Origin: an uncultured bacterium | GTDB lineage: Bacteria; Patescibacteriota; Minisyncoccia; Phycocordibacterales; PALSA-1337 | Assembly (NCBI GenBank): GCA_903902315.1 | Contig: CAIUUK010000013.1 | Coordinates: forward strand, 1 to 62,089 | Direction: 5' to 3' | Length of the DNA: 62,089 nucleotides | Shown here: one piece after another, positions 35,394 to 44,610 of the stretch | Layout of the letters: every line of letters begins with the position of its first letter | Position numbering within the stretch: the stretch's first letter is position 1 | Translations under genes and position numbers: made by a program | Notes under the pieces: generated by a model | Seen by the model: only the letters and a program-made list of their open reading frames with translations | Database searches by the model: none | What the model was told of the DNA's origin: nothing

Positions 35394-36800
35394 ATGTTTT
35401 GTAAAAGTTGTGGAAAACAATTAGGTGATAGTGCAAAGTTCTGTACAGGTTGTGGCATAAAGACAGCAAGCAAAGTTGTTGTACATAAACAGATCCTTGC
35501 CCGGTCTAAATCTTATAAAGGATTATTGATTTTGGTTGGCGCTTTAGTCCTTGTTGTAATTATAATTTTATCGTTTGTTACTAATACAGGTTCAATTTCT
35601 AAGAACACCAATATTCGAGATGATAATACAAAAGCGGTTGTGGATATCCTTTGTGATAATAATAAGGGCGGTTCGGGAACTATCTTCACAAATGACGGCA
35701 CAATATTAACCAACAACCATGTTATCGCTGGTGCTTTATCATGTAAAATAACCATCCCGAATCCTTCTACGGGAGGTATTTCAGAAGTTTACGAAGCGGC
35801 TCCTGTAATAGCTTCAGGATTAAGCAAAAAATATGATGTTGCAACTTTGAAAATCAATTCAGCCTATACAGATAGTGACGGAAAAGTTTGGGGCATTTAT
35901 CCTAGAGAATTTCCAACTTTTGTTTTACCAAGTACCTGTAATGTGAGTGTTGCCTCTAAGTTAGGTGATTTTGTGAGGGTATACGGGTATCCAGTGACTA
36001 GTGGCGGTTACAATCTAACTATTACCGATGGAGTCGTAAGTAGCTTTTCTGATGATGGGGATATACTTACATCAGCACAAATTGATAGTGGTAATTCGGG
36101 AGGTCTTGCTATTGATCAGAATGGTTGTTGGTTAGGAATACCTTCAGCGGTGGTTTCTGGTAATTATCAAAACCTTGGTGTCATAATTCCTGGTAATGTT
36201 GTTAAAGCTTTTCTCGATAATGTCCCAGCTAAATTAAGTCCTACCGAAAATACGAATTCGGTTTCAGACACTGTGGTTGCACCCCAAGAGTCGAATGATC
36301 AGATATGTCAGGATAGTTATGGTACTTATAGCGAATGGAGCGGGAAATTAAACAGTAAAGAAAAACCAACTTGTACATGTCAGACTGGTTATTCTTGGGA
36401 CAGTAGTGGAAATTCTTGTGCGGTCCAGACAACACTACAACAAGAATGTATCAATTCTTATGGAACTGGCAGTTATTCATATCCACAAAACGGAAAGGCT
36501 GTTTGTGGATGTTCGTCTGGCTATATTTGGAATTCAGATCAAACTGCGTGTGTGGTTCCTCAGGTTACAAAAGACCAACAATGCCAGAATAGTTACGGTG
36601 CAAGTAATTGGACGGGTGAATTAAATGGTCAGGGAGGACCAGTGTGTTCATGTAATACGGGTTATACATGGAATTATGGTCAGACTCAGTGTGTGGCACT
36701 TTCTCCTGATCAGGTATGTCAAAGAGATGTTGGGGCAGGAAGTTCTTATTTAGGATATAAAAATTCTGATGGAACATATGCTTGCAGTTCAGCCTATTAA
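35394..36800 (+). CDS. Zinc-ribbon / TM / trypsin-like serine protease with four C-terminal Cys-rich repeats
   Basis: CKSCG...FCTGCG, a TM, then the S1-type triad context TNNHVIAG, YDVATLKI and DSGNSGGLAI. Four repeats of C..SYG...G.LN....P.C.C..GY.W....C follow. Confidence 0.7.
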   Translation: MFCKSCGKQLGDSAKFCTGCGIKTASKVVVHKQILARSKSYKGLLILVGALVLVVIIILSFVTNTGSISKNTNIRDDNTKAVVDILCDNNKGGSGTIFTNDGTILTNNHVIAGALSCKITIPNPSTGGISEVYEAAPVIASGLSKKYDVATLKINSAYTDSDGKVWGIYPREFPTFVLPSTCNVSVASKLGDFVRVYGYPVTSGGYNLTITDGVVSSFSDDGDILTSAQIDSGNSGGLAIDQNGCWLGIPSAVVSGNYQNLGVIIPGNVVKAFLDNVPAKLSPTENTNSVSDTVVAPQESNDQICQDSYGTYSEWSGKLNSKEKPTCTCQTGYSWDSSGNSCAVQTTLQQECINSYGTGSYSYPQNGKAVCGCSSGYIWNSDQTACVVPQVTKDQQCQNSYGASNWTGELNGQGGPVCSCNTGYTWNYGQTQCVALSPDQVCQRDVGAGSSYLGYKNSDGTYACSSAY

Positions 36801-36812
36801 ATTTATTAATCT

Positions 36813-37031
36813 ATGAAATTTGGTCTTAGAAAATTTTCGTTAAACAAAAGAATCGCAGCGCGTACTTCATGGAAGAGGGTGGTTAGACATTCTATAGGTT
36901 TAAAAGCTCCACGGGGTTTTGGTTGGTTCACGGACCCTAAGAGAGCGCTTTATAACAGAGTCTATAATCGTACAAGTGTAAGTGTGGATAAATTGGTTAT
37001 TAGTATTTTCAAGCTATTTTTTCCTAGGTAG
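36813..37031 (+). CDS. Small basic hypothetical protein, 72 aa
   Basis: ORF-track ORF whose 3' end overlaps the recombinase stop region. Coding status is uncertain. Confidence 0.3.
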   Translation: MKFGLRKFSLNKRIAARTSWKRVVRHSIGLKAPRGFGWFTDPKRALYNRVYNRTSVSVDKLVISIFKLFFPR

Positions 37032-38604
37032 TTTGAGGATTATAAAGTTCTCTTGCGAAACTGAAGTCTTTGATATTTCCAGTCATAATCTCTGGGCTGA
37101 CACTGCTCAAATTGATTGTCTTTTGATGTAATAGCTCCTGAAATAGCGGGGAATAATGTTCAGCTATGATGATTCCGTCTTTTACTTCAAATTTATCAAA
37201 GAAAAAGTCGATTAAGCGTTTTTGTATCCTCTCTGGTGCTTTAAGATATGTCTGATAAATATCTCTCGTGAAGTTGAGGATCTCAGCAAGTGCATCGACA
37301 TTGATTTCCTTTGTTTTCTTGAGTTCACTGATCTTATGGTTAATTCTGTCTATATGACCTGATATCTCGTCTCTAATACGCGTATAGTCGGGTTTAGACA
37401 GTGTCTCATCGAGAAGTCTATCCTCAGCAGTCTTGAGTTTTGCTTCCCACGCATTCTTTTGGTTTAACAAGCCTCGAATATTTGTATCGTAAGATTGCTT
37501 CCTTGTTTCATATGTCTCTTTCACTTTAGCGATGATTGAGTCTATAAATCCTCGGTCGAGTTGGACATTTTTGAACTTATTAGCTACCTGTTTTTCGAGG
37601 TCTGACTTTTCAATATACTTACCACATCCAGTTGGGTTAGAGCAGTGATAGTATGCTTTGCCTTTTGCGAGGTGCCATTCTGCTGTGTATCTCCGCTTAT
37701 GAATGGCACAGAAGATGTAACCAGTAAGGAGCCAGAAGTATTTTCTTCGTCTGCAACGATTGTTAGTATTTCCATCTATGATGTTTTTCACTTGATTGAA
37801 AGTGGTTTCATCGATGAGGTGTTCGTGTTTACCGTCTTTCACATTGATATCTCGCCAGTGTATCTCTCCGAGATAGATTCGATTTCTCAGCATATCGTAA
37901 AACATGCTTGGCGCTAACTTCTTATTTGTATGAGAAACAAGACCTTTCTCATACATCATATCGTTTAATTCGAGGGCATTATATTGACCAGTCGCATAGA
38001 GTTTAAATGCTTCGGTTACAAGGGGTCCAACTTTTGGATGGGGGACAATAATTTTTTTAGCTACTTTCTCACAGAACTGATCTGGATTTTTACAATTTGT
38101 GAAGCCTATCGGAGCATGCGTTGGATAGTACCCAGCCAGAGCTTTTGCGTCTGTGGCTTGTCTGGTTTTTTCTCTAGTGTTGTCTGAGTGATATTGATTG
38201 ATTGTGGCAAACATATTGTCAGCCATGATCGAGCAGGCGTCTTCACCAGAGGATTGTCCGTTTAGATATTTTAGCTGAACTCCATTTGAAAGAAATGTGT
38301 GTCTCAAGAATGAGTGGTCAACAATATTTCGTGCTAGTCGATCCGAATGAGTAACGTATATTATCGATATCTCTCTATTCTTGGCGAGTTCAATGACTTC
38401 CTGAATACCTTTTCGGTTTAGGTTCTTTCCACTTTTACCCTCATCTTTAATAATCTTGATGTCAGTATAGCCATCACGAATAGCCGCCGTACGGCACTGT
38501 TGTTCTTGGTAGTCGAGAGAAATTCCATTGTCCGCCTGATCGTCAGTGGAAACTCTATTGTACCCAAGTGCAGTATTTTTATTTTTAGGGATTTTCCGTT
38601 CCAT
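37024..38604 (-). CDS. Large serine recombinase
   Basis: GYNRVSTDDQ catalytic Ser context, THSDRLARN, a recombinase domain, a Cys cluster (C...YHCSNPTGCGKY) and a coiled-coil tail. Confidence 0.9.
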   Translation of the reverse strand: MERKIPKNKNTALGYNRVSTDDQADNGISLDYQEQQCRTAAIRDGYTDIKIIKDEGKSGKNLNRKGIQEVIELAKNREISIIYVTHSDRLARNIVDHSFLRHTFLSNGVQLKYLNGQSSGEDACSIMADNMFATINQYHSDNTREKTRQATDAKALAGYYPTHAPIGFTNCKNPDQFCEKVAKKIIVPHPKVGPLVTEAFKLYATGQYNALELNDMMYEKGLVSHTNKKLAPSMFYDMLRNRIYLGEIHWRDINVKDGKHEHLIDETTFNQVKNIIDGNTNNRCRRRKYFWLLTGYIFCAIHKRRYTAEWHLAKGKAYYHCSNPTGCGKYIEKSDLEKQVANKFKNVQLDRGFIDSIIAKVKETYETRKQSYDTNIRGLLNQKNAWEAKLKTAEDRLLDETLSKPDYTRIRDEISGHIDRINHKISELKKTKEINVDALAEILNFTRDIYQTYLKAPERIQKRLIDFFFDKFEVKDGIIIAEHYSPLFQELLHQKTINLSSVSPEIMTGNIKDFSFARELYNPQTT

Positions 38605-38694
38605 TTGTGGGTATATTAAGCGTCCTTTCCTTTATGTGTGAAGGCAACTCTAGTTATGAACCTTTGTACACATGGGTTGGATTTCTTTTATTTA

Positions 38695-40056
38695 TTAATT
38701 AATAAAGTGAATCGGTCCCGTGTGTGGGTCACTTGGTTTTTCTGTGGTTGTAGAAGGTAGAGGTGACAGTCCACGTATTTCTCGACACTCGTTACTAATA
38801 AACCACTCAAACTCTTTCTTCAAATGAATTTCTTCTTCTGGTTGTCCGACACCTCCACGACTTTCTTTTGCAATGTTGCATATACCGAGTATTTCAAGAG
38901 TATTCATCTCTTTGAGAGCTGTAGGTTTTGATTGGTTTAATTTTTTTTCAACCTCGTTCGTCTTCATAATGCCGTTGTAGTCAATTAATGCTCTGAAAAG
39001 ACTTGAACGGCTTGTATAACCACTATCAAAACAAAGTTCTATAGTTGCCTTGAGATCACTTCGTTCAATCTGTTTTCTTCCGTGTACGAGAGCGTAACCA
39101 CGACACTGGTTATATAAGAGTTGGTTGATGCGGTCAGATTTTTCAATAGTAGGAGTTGCATAGCTATATTTTGTCTCACCCCAATCATCTGAGGACCACA
39201 CATTAACTGCACCTCTCAATTTAGCTAGTAGCCCAGAACAACGCGCAATGATTGTCATAACATCTTCTGGATCATTCTCGTTATTCCAAATAATGCCGTT
39301 TGGATTTTCTGACCACAAAGTTTTAACGAAAGCGTTAGTTATCTCCCTACAAGCAGTTTCTTTTCCTTTGTAAGCCTTACTCTTTAATTGTTTAACGAGT
39401 TCTTCGTCCGTTTTGTTACGTGAATTCATTCGAAGAAAGAAAAGCCTTGAGCCTAGATTTCCCATGATCTTGAAGATCTTTGGTGATATGGGTGTTGAAG
39501 CTCCTAACATCATAAATAGGTATTCGCCTTTATATCCTCTTTGACCATGAACTCCCGATTCCGTGTCCAGTCCCTCGCCGTCGAGCACACGGGTGAGGAG
39601 ACCGAGCAGTTCAGTCAAATGTTCTTCTTTCTTAGAAAACATTGTTGCCATATCTCTAAGTAAGAACATTTTATATCTGATACGTGGTAAAAGGTCGACT
39701 TTTTCAATCTGATCTCTTGAGACACTTGGAGAGTTGGTTACAAATGATGCTGGTGTAAATTTGTCTGTTGCATAGGTGAGACCCTCAATTCCATCAAAGA
39801 AGTTCACTACGATGGTCTTTCCAGCCGCTGGTACATCTACAAGAACTAATGCAAATGGATTAGTGATCTCTTTGATAAGAATTTGAGCGATGATTGAGAG
39901 CCCTATTTCGGCAGGAAAGAGAAGGTCTGGAAAGTTGTTCTTGATAACCTTCTGCCACTCATTAAAATAAACTGGCTTCTCTGGTTTCTCAAACTGTTTG
40001 ATACGCCCGATTTTTTCTGGTCCGTCTTGTGGAAGCATGGTGCTAATGTGTTCCAT
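38695..40056 (-). CDS. P-loop NTPase-like protein with a C-terminal winged-helix-like region; putative replication or helicase-loader function
   Basis: Walker A-like VDVPAAGKT and Walker B-like KMFLLRDMATMF. Its operon position lies between a DNA-binding protein and the recombinase. Family not identified. Confidence 0.45.
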   Translation of the reverse strand: MEHISTMLPQDGPEKIGRIKQFEKPEKPVYFNEWQKVIKNNFPDLLFPAEIGLSIIAQILIKEITNPFALVLVDVPAAGKTIVVNFFDGIEGLTYATDKFTPASFVTNSPSVSRDQIEKVDLLPRIRYKMFLLRDMATMFSKKEEHLTELLGLLTRVLDGEGLDTESGVHGQRGYKGEYLFMMLGASTPISPKIFKIMGNLGSRLFFLRMNSRNKTDEELVKQLKSKAYKGKETACREITNAFVKTLWSENPNGIIWNNENDPEDVMTIIARCSGLLAKLRGAVNVWSSDDWGETKYSYATPTIEKSDRINQLLYNQCRGYALVHGRKQIERSDLKATIELCFDSGYTSRSSLFRALIDYNGIMKTNEVEKKLNQSKPTALKEMNTLEILGICNIAKESRGGVGQPEEEIHLKKEFEWFISNECREIRGLSPLPSTTTEKPSDPHTGPIHFIN

Positions 40057-40064
40057 GTAATTGT

Positions 40065-40190
40065 TTAATTAATTTGTAATGACTTGTCGCTAGCTTTGTC
40101 TTTTATCTTCATATCGATTAGTTGTAAGAAAATGGTTGCAAGTAGTTCGACTGCTTCTTGGTTTTGCCCATGATCGTTTTGCTTAATCAT
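40065..40190 (-). CDS. Unannotated 41-codon ORF (MIKQNDHGQNQEAVELLATIFLQLIDMKIKDKASDKSLQIN)
   Basis: Below the ORF-track length cut-off. Its stop lies 9 nt upstream of the ATG of the P-loop gene, consistent with operon coupling. Confidence 0.3.
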   Translation of the reverse strand: MIKQNDHGQNQEAVELLATIFLQLIDMKIKDKASDKSLQIN

Positions 40191-40299
40191 GGGTGCAGTT
40201 TAGAATGCACAAAAAATACCCGAAATTGGGCTTTTTAGGATCTTTCCATTTTGTGGCTAGCCAGCTAGATTTTTTAGGGCTGAAAAGTCCTACTTGGTT

Positions 40300-41001
40300 T
40301 TATTCATCCACTTTCTTTATCTGAATGATGTATTTATTTGTAGTGAAATTTTCAATAGTTATTGGCATACCACTGTCTTTAAGCTTTCTTCGTAGTTTTT
40401 TCAACGCTGATCGGAATGAGCCCTCGTCTCTATAGGGGACAGATTGTTCAAGTTCTTCTCTATTGATTTCCACTCCTTTTTTTGTAGTTTTTCCATCTGG
40501 TGAGATAATCCTTGGATTTTCAAGAAATATTCCCATCATCGTATAGTGACCTCTTTCAATCGGAAGTACGACGTCTCCCCAGACAATAGTCTTATTCAAT
40601 AGTTTAGGTGTGCCACGCAGACGATAAAATTTTTTCAAGAATAGATCTAGTTGCTTTGGAGAATCAATCAGTTCTTTAAGTCTAATCTCGTCTGTTTGGA
40701 TATCCGACTTCTTTTTCCATTCCAAGTCAATATTACCAATTGTAAATCCGCCTGTTCTTCTCTCAATCATTTCTTTCGTTGGAGCTATGTCATAATCCTC
40801 ATCACCTGGATCCCAAGGCATAATCTGATACTCAAATATCTCAGCTTTTCGAAAAAGATCCAAGATTTCGATAATTTTTGGCTTTGGAATATCCAACTCC
40901 TCCTCTAGCGATTTGAAGCTCCAGACGGGTCCAATCTTTTGAGCGCGAATCGCGAAATTAGCTAATTTCTTTATATCCTCTTTTACGTTTCTTGTTTCCA
41001 T
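40300..41001 (-). CDS. Putative DNA-binding protein with an OmpR/PhoB-type winged-helix-like C-terminus
   Basis: The C-terminal EELEQSVPYRDEGSFRSALKKLRRKLKDSGMPITIENF resembles the trans_reg_C pattern. It is the first gene of the reverse-strand operon. Confidence 0.4.
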   Translation of the reverse strand: METRNVKEDIKKLANFAIRAQKIGPVWSFKSLEEELDIPKPKIIEILDLFRKAEIFEYQIMPWDPGDEDYDIAPTKEMIERRTGGFTIGNIDLEWKKKSDIQTDEIRLKELIDSPKQLDLFLKKFYRLRGTPKLLNKTIVWGDVVLPIERGHYTMMGIFLENPRIISPDGKTTKKGVEINREELEQSVPYRDEGSFRSALKKLRRKLKDSGMPITIENFTTNKYIIQIKKVDE

Positions 41002-41086
41002 ATCAAATTAAATTTACCGTGTATAAGCTTTTCATTCAAGTCCTAATCTAATCGACAGCGCCAGTCTACAGTGATATATTTGTAGT

Positions 41087-41243
41087 ACAACTGAATACCG
41101 AAAGTAGCCTAAACCACTAACGTGGCATGGTGAATAACCCAGTCAAGGACAAAGAACCCATCGTGTGGGATTGCCTTGACTGGTCATATCGGGAAACCGG
41201 TATGGGGGACTTCGGTCCTCACCCCGCGGTGGGCTTTTTGTTT
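41087..41243 (+). ncRNA. Highly structured RNA leader or sRNA ending in a terminator 10 nt before the 41253 ATG
   Basis: Putative promoter: TCGACA at 41052-41057 and TG-n-TATATT at 41072-41080. Perfect 10-bp stem 41139-41148/41174-41183. GAAA-capped 8-bp hairpin at 41185-41204. UUCG-capped 6-bp hairpin at 41205-41220. CACC-ccgc-GGTG followed by GGCTTTTT. Confidence 0.45.
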
Positions 41244-41252
41244 ACCTAATCT

Positions 41253-41795
41253 ATGCAGTTCAAGATTCCAAAACTTGTTATAACTGATAAAAAAGATTTT
41301 TTGGAATTTTGGGCTAGACGATACACGTACTCGTTGGATGGACTATATGAAGAAAATATCAATCAGCCTTTAAATGAGAGTTGTGTTATAGAACTCTATC
41401 GTTGGAAGAATGGAACTGACCTATCGGAGAAGAAATTAGATTTGGTGAAGAGAGTATACATTCCTGAACTGAATCATTTACCGAAAATTGAGACTGTTGA
41501 GCAGGGTAGAGAGTATTTATTAAAACTCAATCGTGGGCAGATTTGGGATTTCTTCTGGCTTCATTGTTTGAACCCAAAGTTATTTCCAATATTTGATCAG
41601 CATACTTACAGAGCCATGGCTGAAATGGAAGGGCTAGCTGTACCAGAGATCCCATACTCGACAGAGAAGAAACTTGATATGTATTTTTCTCGCTACATAC
41701 CTTTTGTCTCAAAGATCGGTGGTGATATGCGTCTTTTGGATAAGGCACTTTTTGCGTATGGAAAGGAATTAAAGACAGGACCCTTTTCTCCATAG
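41253..41795 (+). CDS. Hypothetical protein, 180 aa
   Basis: Clean ORF with no recognisable motif and no obvious Shine-Dalgarno sequence. Confidence 0.5.
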   Translation: MQFKIPKLVITDKKDFLEFWARRYTYSLDGLYEENINQPLNESCVIELYRWKNGTDLSEKKLDLVKRVYIPELNHLPKIETVEQGREYLLKLNRGQIWDFFWLHCLNPKLFPIFDQHTYRAMAEMEGLAVPEIPYSTEKKLDMYFSRYIPFVSKIGGDMRLLDKALFAYGKELKTGPFSP

Positions 41796-41845
41796 ATAGG
41801 GGAATATGAGGAGGTATACCTTTATCAATCATTTAATTTAAAACT

Positions 41846-42352
41846 ATGTCTGAACAAAATAACAAAGTGTGGAAGAGTGCATTGAAAGTAGTTGGCATCG
41901 TATTAATTACCGTAGTCGTTATTTGCGGTATCTTGGTATTCATAGGTATTAGGGATGCTGTTAATTATAGATCATCAACAACATACACTCAGCCAGTATC
42001 TCAACAGACTATACAAACACAAGAAACCAATGATATGACTTGGCATACTGTATTCTCGTTGAGTAATAGCAATAAATTTTACAATACATCTGCTTTTGCT
42101 ATGAAAGGAAGTCAGTGGCGTATTTCATGGAGGTGTAGACTTACTGATCAATCTATTGGTGGTGAGGGAGGCTTTGCTGGAAGCATAGATTCCGTTGTCG
42201 ATAATACTGGACATACTTTTGCTCTTGATGACGGTTGTAAGTTGGCTACTACCACGACCACCAATTATTATGGAGAAAAACCTGGGCAATATTATCTCAA
42301 ATTTGGTCCGTCATACTCGATTTACAGTGTTATGGTAGAGGATTACTACTAA
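41846..42352 (+). CDS. N-terminally anchored extracytoplasmic hypothetical protein, 168 aa
   Basis: Single N-terminal TM (VVGIVLITVVVICGILVFIGI). Confidence 0.5.
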   Translation: MSEQNNKVWKSALKVVGIVLITVVVICGILVFIGIRDAVNYRSSTTYTQPVSQQTIQTQETNDMTWHTVFSLSNSNKFYNTSAFAMKGSQWRISWRCRLTDQSIGGEGGFAGSIDSVVDNTGHTFALDDGCKLATTTTTNYYGEKPGQYYLKFGPSYSIYSVMVEDYY

Positions 42353-42358
42353 TCAGTA

Positions 42359-42631
42359 ATGAAAAAGAAACATACAGCCAGATACATAGAAAGACACAAG
42401 AACTTTTATTGTATCGATTGCAAGAAAGACACATGGTATGAATACTACACAGTCAATAATCGGCTGTGGAAAAAGATCAATCCAAAAATAAGTGGAATGC
42501 TCTGTATTGGCTGTGTTGAAACACGATTAGGAAGAAAGCTGAAAAAGGCAGATTTTGCGGATAAACCTATTAATACAAAGAAGTTTACTCGAACACCAAG
42601 GCTGATCAATAGGTTACAGAGAGAAGTTTGA
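42359..42631 (+). CDS. Small basic zinc-finger protein, 90 aa
   Basis: CIDC...CIGC four-Cys arrangement. It starts 7 nt after the preceding stop. Confidence 0.45.
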   Translation: MKKKHTARYIERHKNFYCIDCKKDTWYEYYTVNNRLWKKINPKISGMLCIGCVETRLGRKLKKADFADKPINTKKFTRTPRLINRLQREV

Positions 42632-42801
42632 AGAATTTGGCTAAAATAAATCACCTAAAAATTAGGGAAAACTGTCATAAAACTCATTTTCGTGTTTTTA
42701 TTATTTTTTAGAGAATGCCGTAGTTAAAAGGGTAGTTTGAAAACTGTCGTTGACCTCGCTTGTGGTTATGTGGCTGTCACTTTACCATCACGGGAATATC
42801 G

Positions 42802-43035
42802 TTATTTGATCAGACCTAGCATCAATAATCGAATAGTGAGTGCCTGTTCGCTTACATCAAACTTAGTTGCTAGCTCCTTTAGGTTTAATGTCTTTCCTTC
42901 AGTTTCTTTTCGTATCATCTGTTCTGGTACGGGGAGATGTATATAGATAAAGATGTATCGGTTACATTTGATCAAAGACCTCCGTACCCTCGGTATTTCA
43001 CTACTGATGAAAAGATTGAGGGTGATCTTATGCAT
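42802..43035 (-). pseudogene. Possible remnant of an HTH or ImmA/IrrE-type regulator
   Basis: Only the C-terminal LNLKELATKFDVSEQALTIRLLMLGLI looks protein-like. The upstream part is low quality. Confidence 0.25.
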
Positions 43036-43236
43036 AGATACGGTTATATAGAAATGCCTATTTTCCCATTAGATAAGGTTCCTTTTGTACACGAAATTAA
43101 GTTGAGATTAAAAGAAAAAAGAGAGGTACGAATCTATTATTACTTTAGAACCGATTTAGGTGATTCCCCAATCTGGTCATGGATAGCGATGTCTCGTGGA
43201 AAGTATACTTGGCTGAAATGTCTGAAGGTCAGTTAG
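42937..43236 (+). CDS. Hypothetical protein, 99 aa
   Basis: ORF-track ORF that overlaps the antisense remnant. Coding status is uncertain. Confidence 0.3.
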   Translation: MYIDKDVSVTFDQRPPYPRYFTTDEKIEGDLMHRYGYIEMPIFPLDKVPFVHEIKLRLKEKREVRIYYYFRTDLGDSPIWSWIAMSRGKYTWLKCLKVS

Positions 43237-43319
43237 ATTACGTACTCTCTATTCCAATTTGCGTAATAAGTTGTATAGTTAATACACAAGCGCTGGTTTA
43301 AATAATCAGTCTAACTAAA

Positions 43320-44252
43320 ATGAGAAAACTACTTATAACAAGTGTGTTATTCCTATTTATTCTAGTAGTTCAAATTTCAACTGCTCATGCGGTATATGTA
43401 AGTGGATATTATAGAAGTAACGGCACTTACGTTAATGGATATGAACGAACAGCTCCTGACGGTAATCCGTATAATAATTATAGTTATCCGGGAAATTACA
43501 ATCCAAATACAGGAAGCATTACAGGCGGAAGTGATAGCACATATTTAAATAATTATTATAGTAGCGGGTCTTCGGGTAGTACTTACTATTCTTCTCCTAC
43601 ATCGTATAGTAGTTACTCTTACCCAACTACACCGACATGCCCATTAAATTCATATTATGATGGTATTTCTACTTGTAAGTGTAATTATGGGTATGTTGTT
43701 AGTGGGGGAAGTTGTGTTTCCGCAAATAGTATTTGTTACAACCAGCTTGGCTATAGTTCTAGTTATGATTCAACAAGTAATACCTGTAAGTGTGACTATG
43801 GCTATGTGATAGGATCCTCTGGTCAATGTACTAGTGGTACAAATTACTGTTATTCTAAAACAGGTTATGAGTCCACCTATGATTCAAGTAGTAATACATG
43901 TAAGTGTAATAGTGGTTATGTGTTAAATACTTTAGGACAGTGTGTCGCACAAGCGCCATTGGTACCACAAATAAGCACAACAAATCTCACGTCTAAATCG
44001 GCTGTGGTGGTCTATGAAAAATATAGTTGTGACTATTTTATCGTTAAAGATAGTGGTGGTGATTATGATTTATTAGAGTGGTATAGCGGTTATGATCCAA
44101 GTTCGGGCGATATTTTAAAAGGGAACTTCCATACATACGGTTTTCATGATTTTTATAATTCCTCATATACTAGAAAGACCCATGTCTGGATTGAGGATTG
44201 GTTGTTAACTTGGGATGATGCAATTAGTCAGTATAAAGATAAATGTAATTAA
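43320..44252 (+). CDS. Secreted Cys-rich repeat protein, 310 aa
   Basis: Signal peptide, a YVSGYYRSNGTYVNGYERTAPDGNPYNNYS motif, and repeated C.C.YGYV....G.C units similar to those in the 35394-36800 protease. Confidence 0.6.
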   Translation: MRKLLITSVLFLFILVVQISTAHAVYVSGYYRSNGTYVNGYERTAPDGNPYNNYSYPGNYNPNTGSITGGSDSTYLNNYYSSGSSGSTYYSSPTSYSSYSYPTTPTCPLNSYYDGISTCKCNYGYVVSGGSCVSANSICYNQLGYSSSYDSTSNTCKCDYGYVIGSSGQCTSGTNYCYSKTGYESTYDSSSNTCKCNSGYVLNTLGQCVAQAPLVPQISTTNLTSKSAVVVYEKYSCDYFIVKDSGGDYDLLEWYSGYDPSSGDILKGNFHTYGFHDFYNSSYTRKTHVWIEDWLLTWDDAISQYKDKCN

Positions 44253-44254
44253 TT

Positions 44255-44545
44255 ATGAATGAGGAAGAAACAATCGGTGGTATAGGTTTCTTGCTACTTA
44301 TAGCAGTGATTTGGCTTGGTGTTACTGTTCATAGTCAAAATAAACAAATTGATCAACTCAAAGGAGTTATTAATGATTGTGATTCGGCAGTTACTGATGC
44401 AAATCAGAATATTAGTGATCTTAATGATCAAATCGATAATGCTAAGAATGATGCATGGAGTGATTATGACACTATGGGACAATCGCTTGAGAATTTAACT
44501 AGTGGAGATCAAGTTGAAAATCCTTGTTATGTTCCACAACAGTAG
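44255..44545 (+). CDS. Bitopic coiled-coil hypothetical protein, 96 aa
   Basis: One TM then an Asn/Asp/Gln-rich helix. It starts 2 nt after the upstream stop. Confidence 0.45.
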   Translation: MNEEETIGGIGFLLLIAVIWLGVTVHSQNKQIDQLKGVINDCDSAVTDANQNISDLNDQIDNAKNDAWSDYDTMGQSLENLTSGDQVENPCYVPQQ

Positions 44546-44610
44546 TTATATTACCTTTTGGATAGTGACAAAAAACCGATCGTATCACTTAAATATTCGA
44601 GTTTCATTTT

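Noticed and set aside
41091-41106. Hammerhead ribozyme core (CTGAATACCGAAAG resembles CUGANGA...GAAA)
   Set aside because: Only 2 nt separate the two motifs, so there is no room for stem II. No matching stems I or III were found.
41185-41204. Group II intron domain V (GAAA-capped hairpin)
   Set aside because: The hairpin lacks the AGC catalytic triad and the 2-nt bulge. No intron-encoded protein or other intron domains are nearby.
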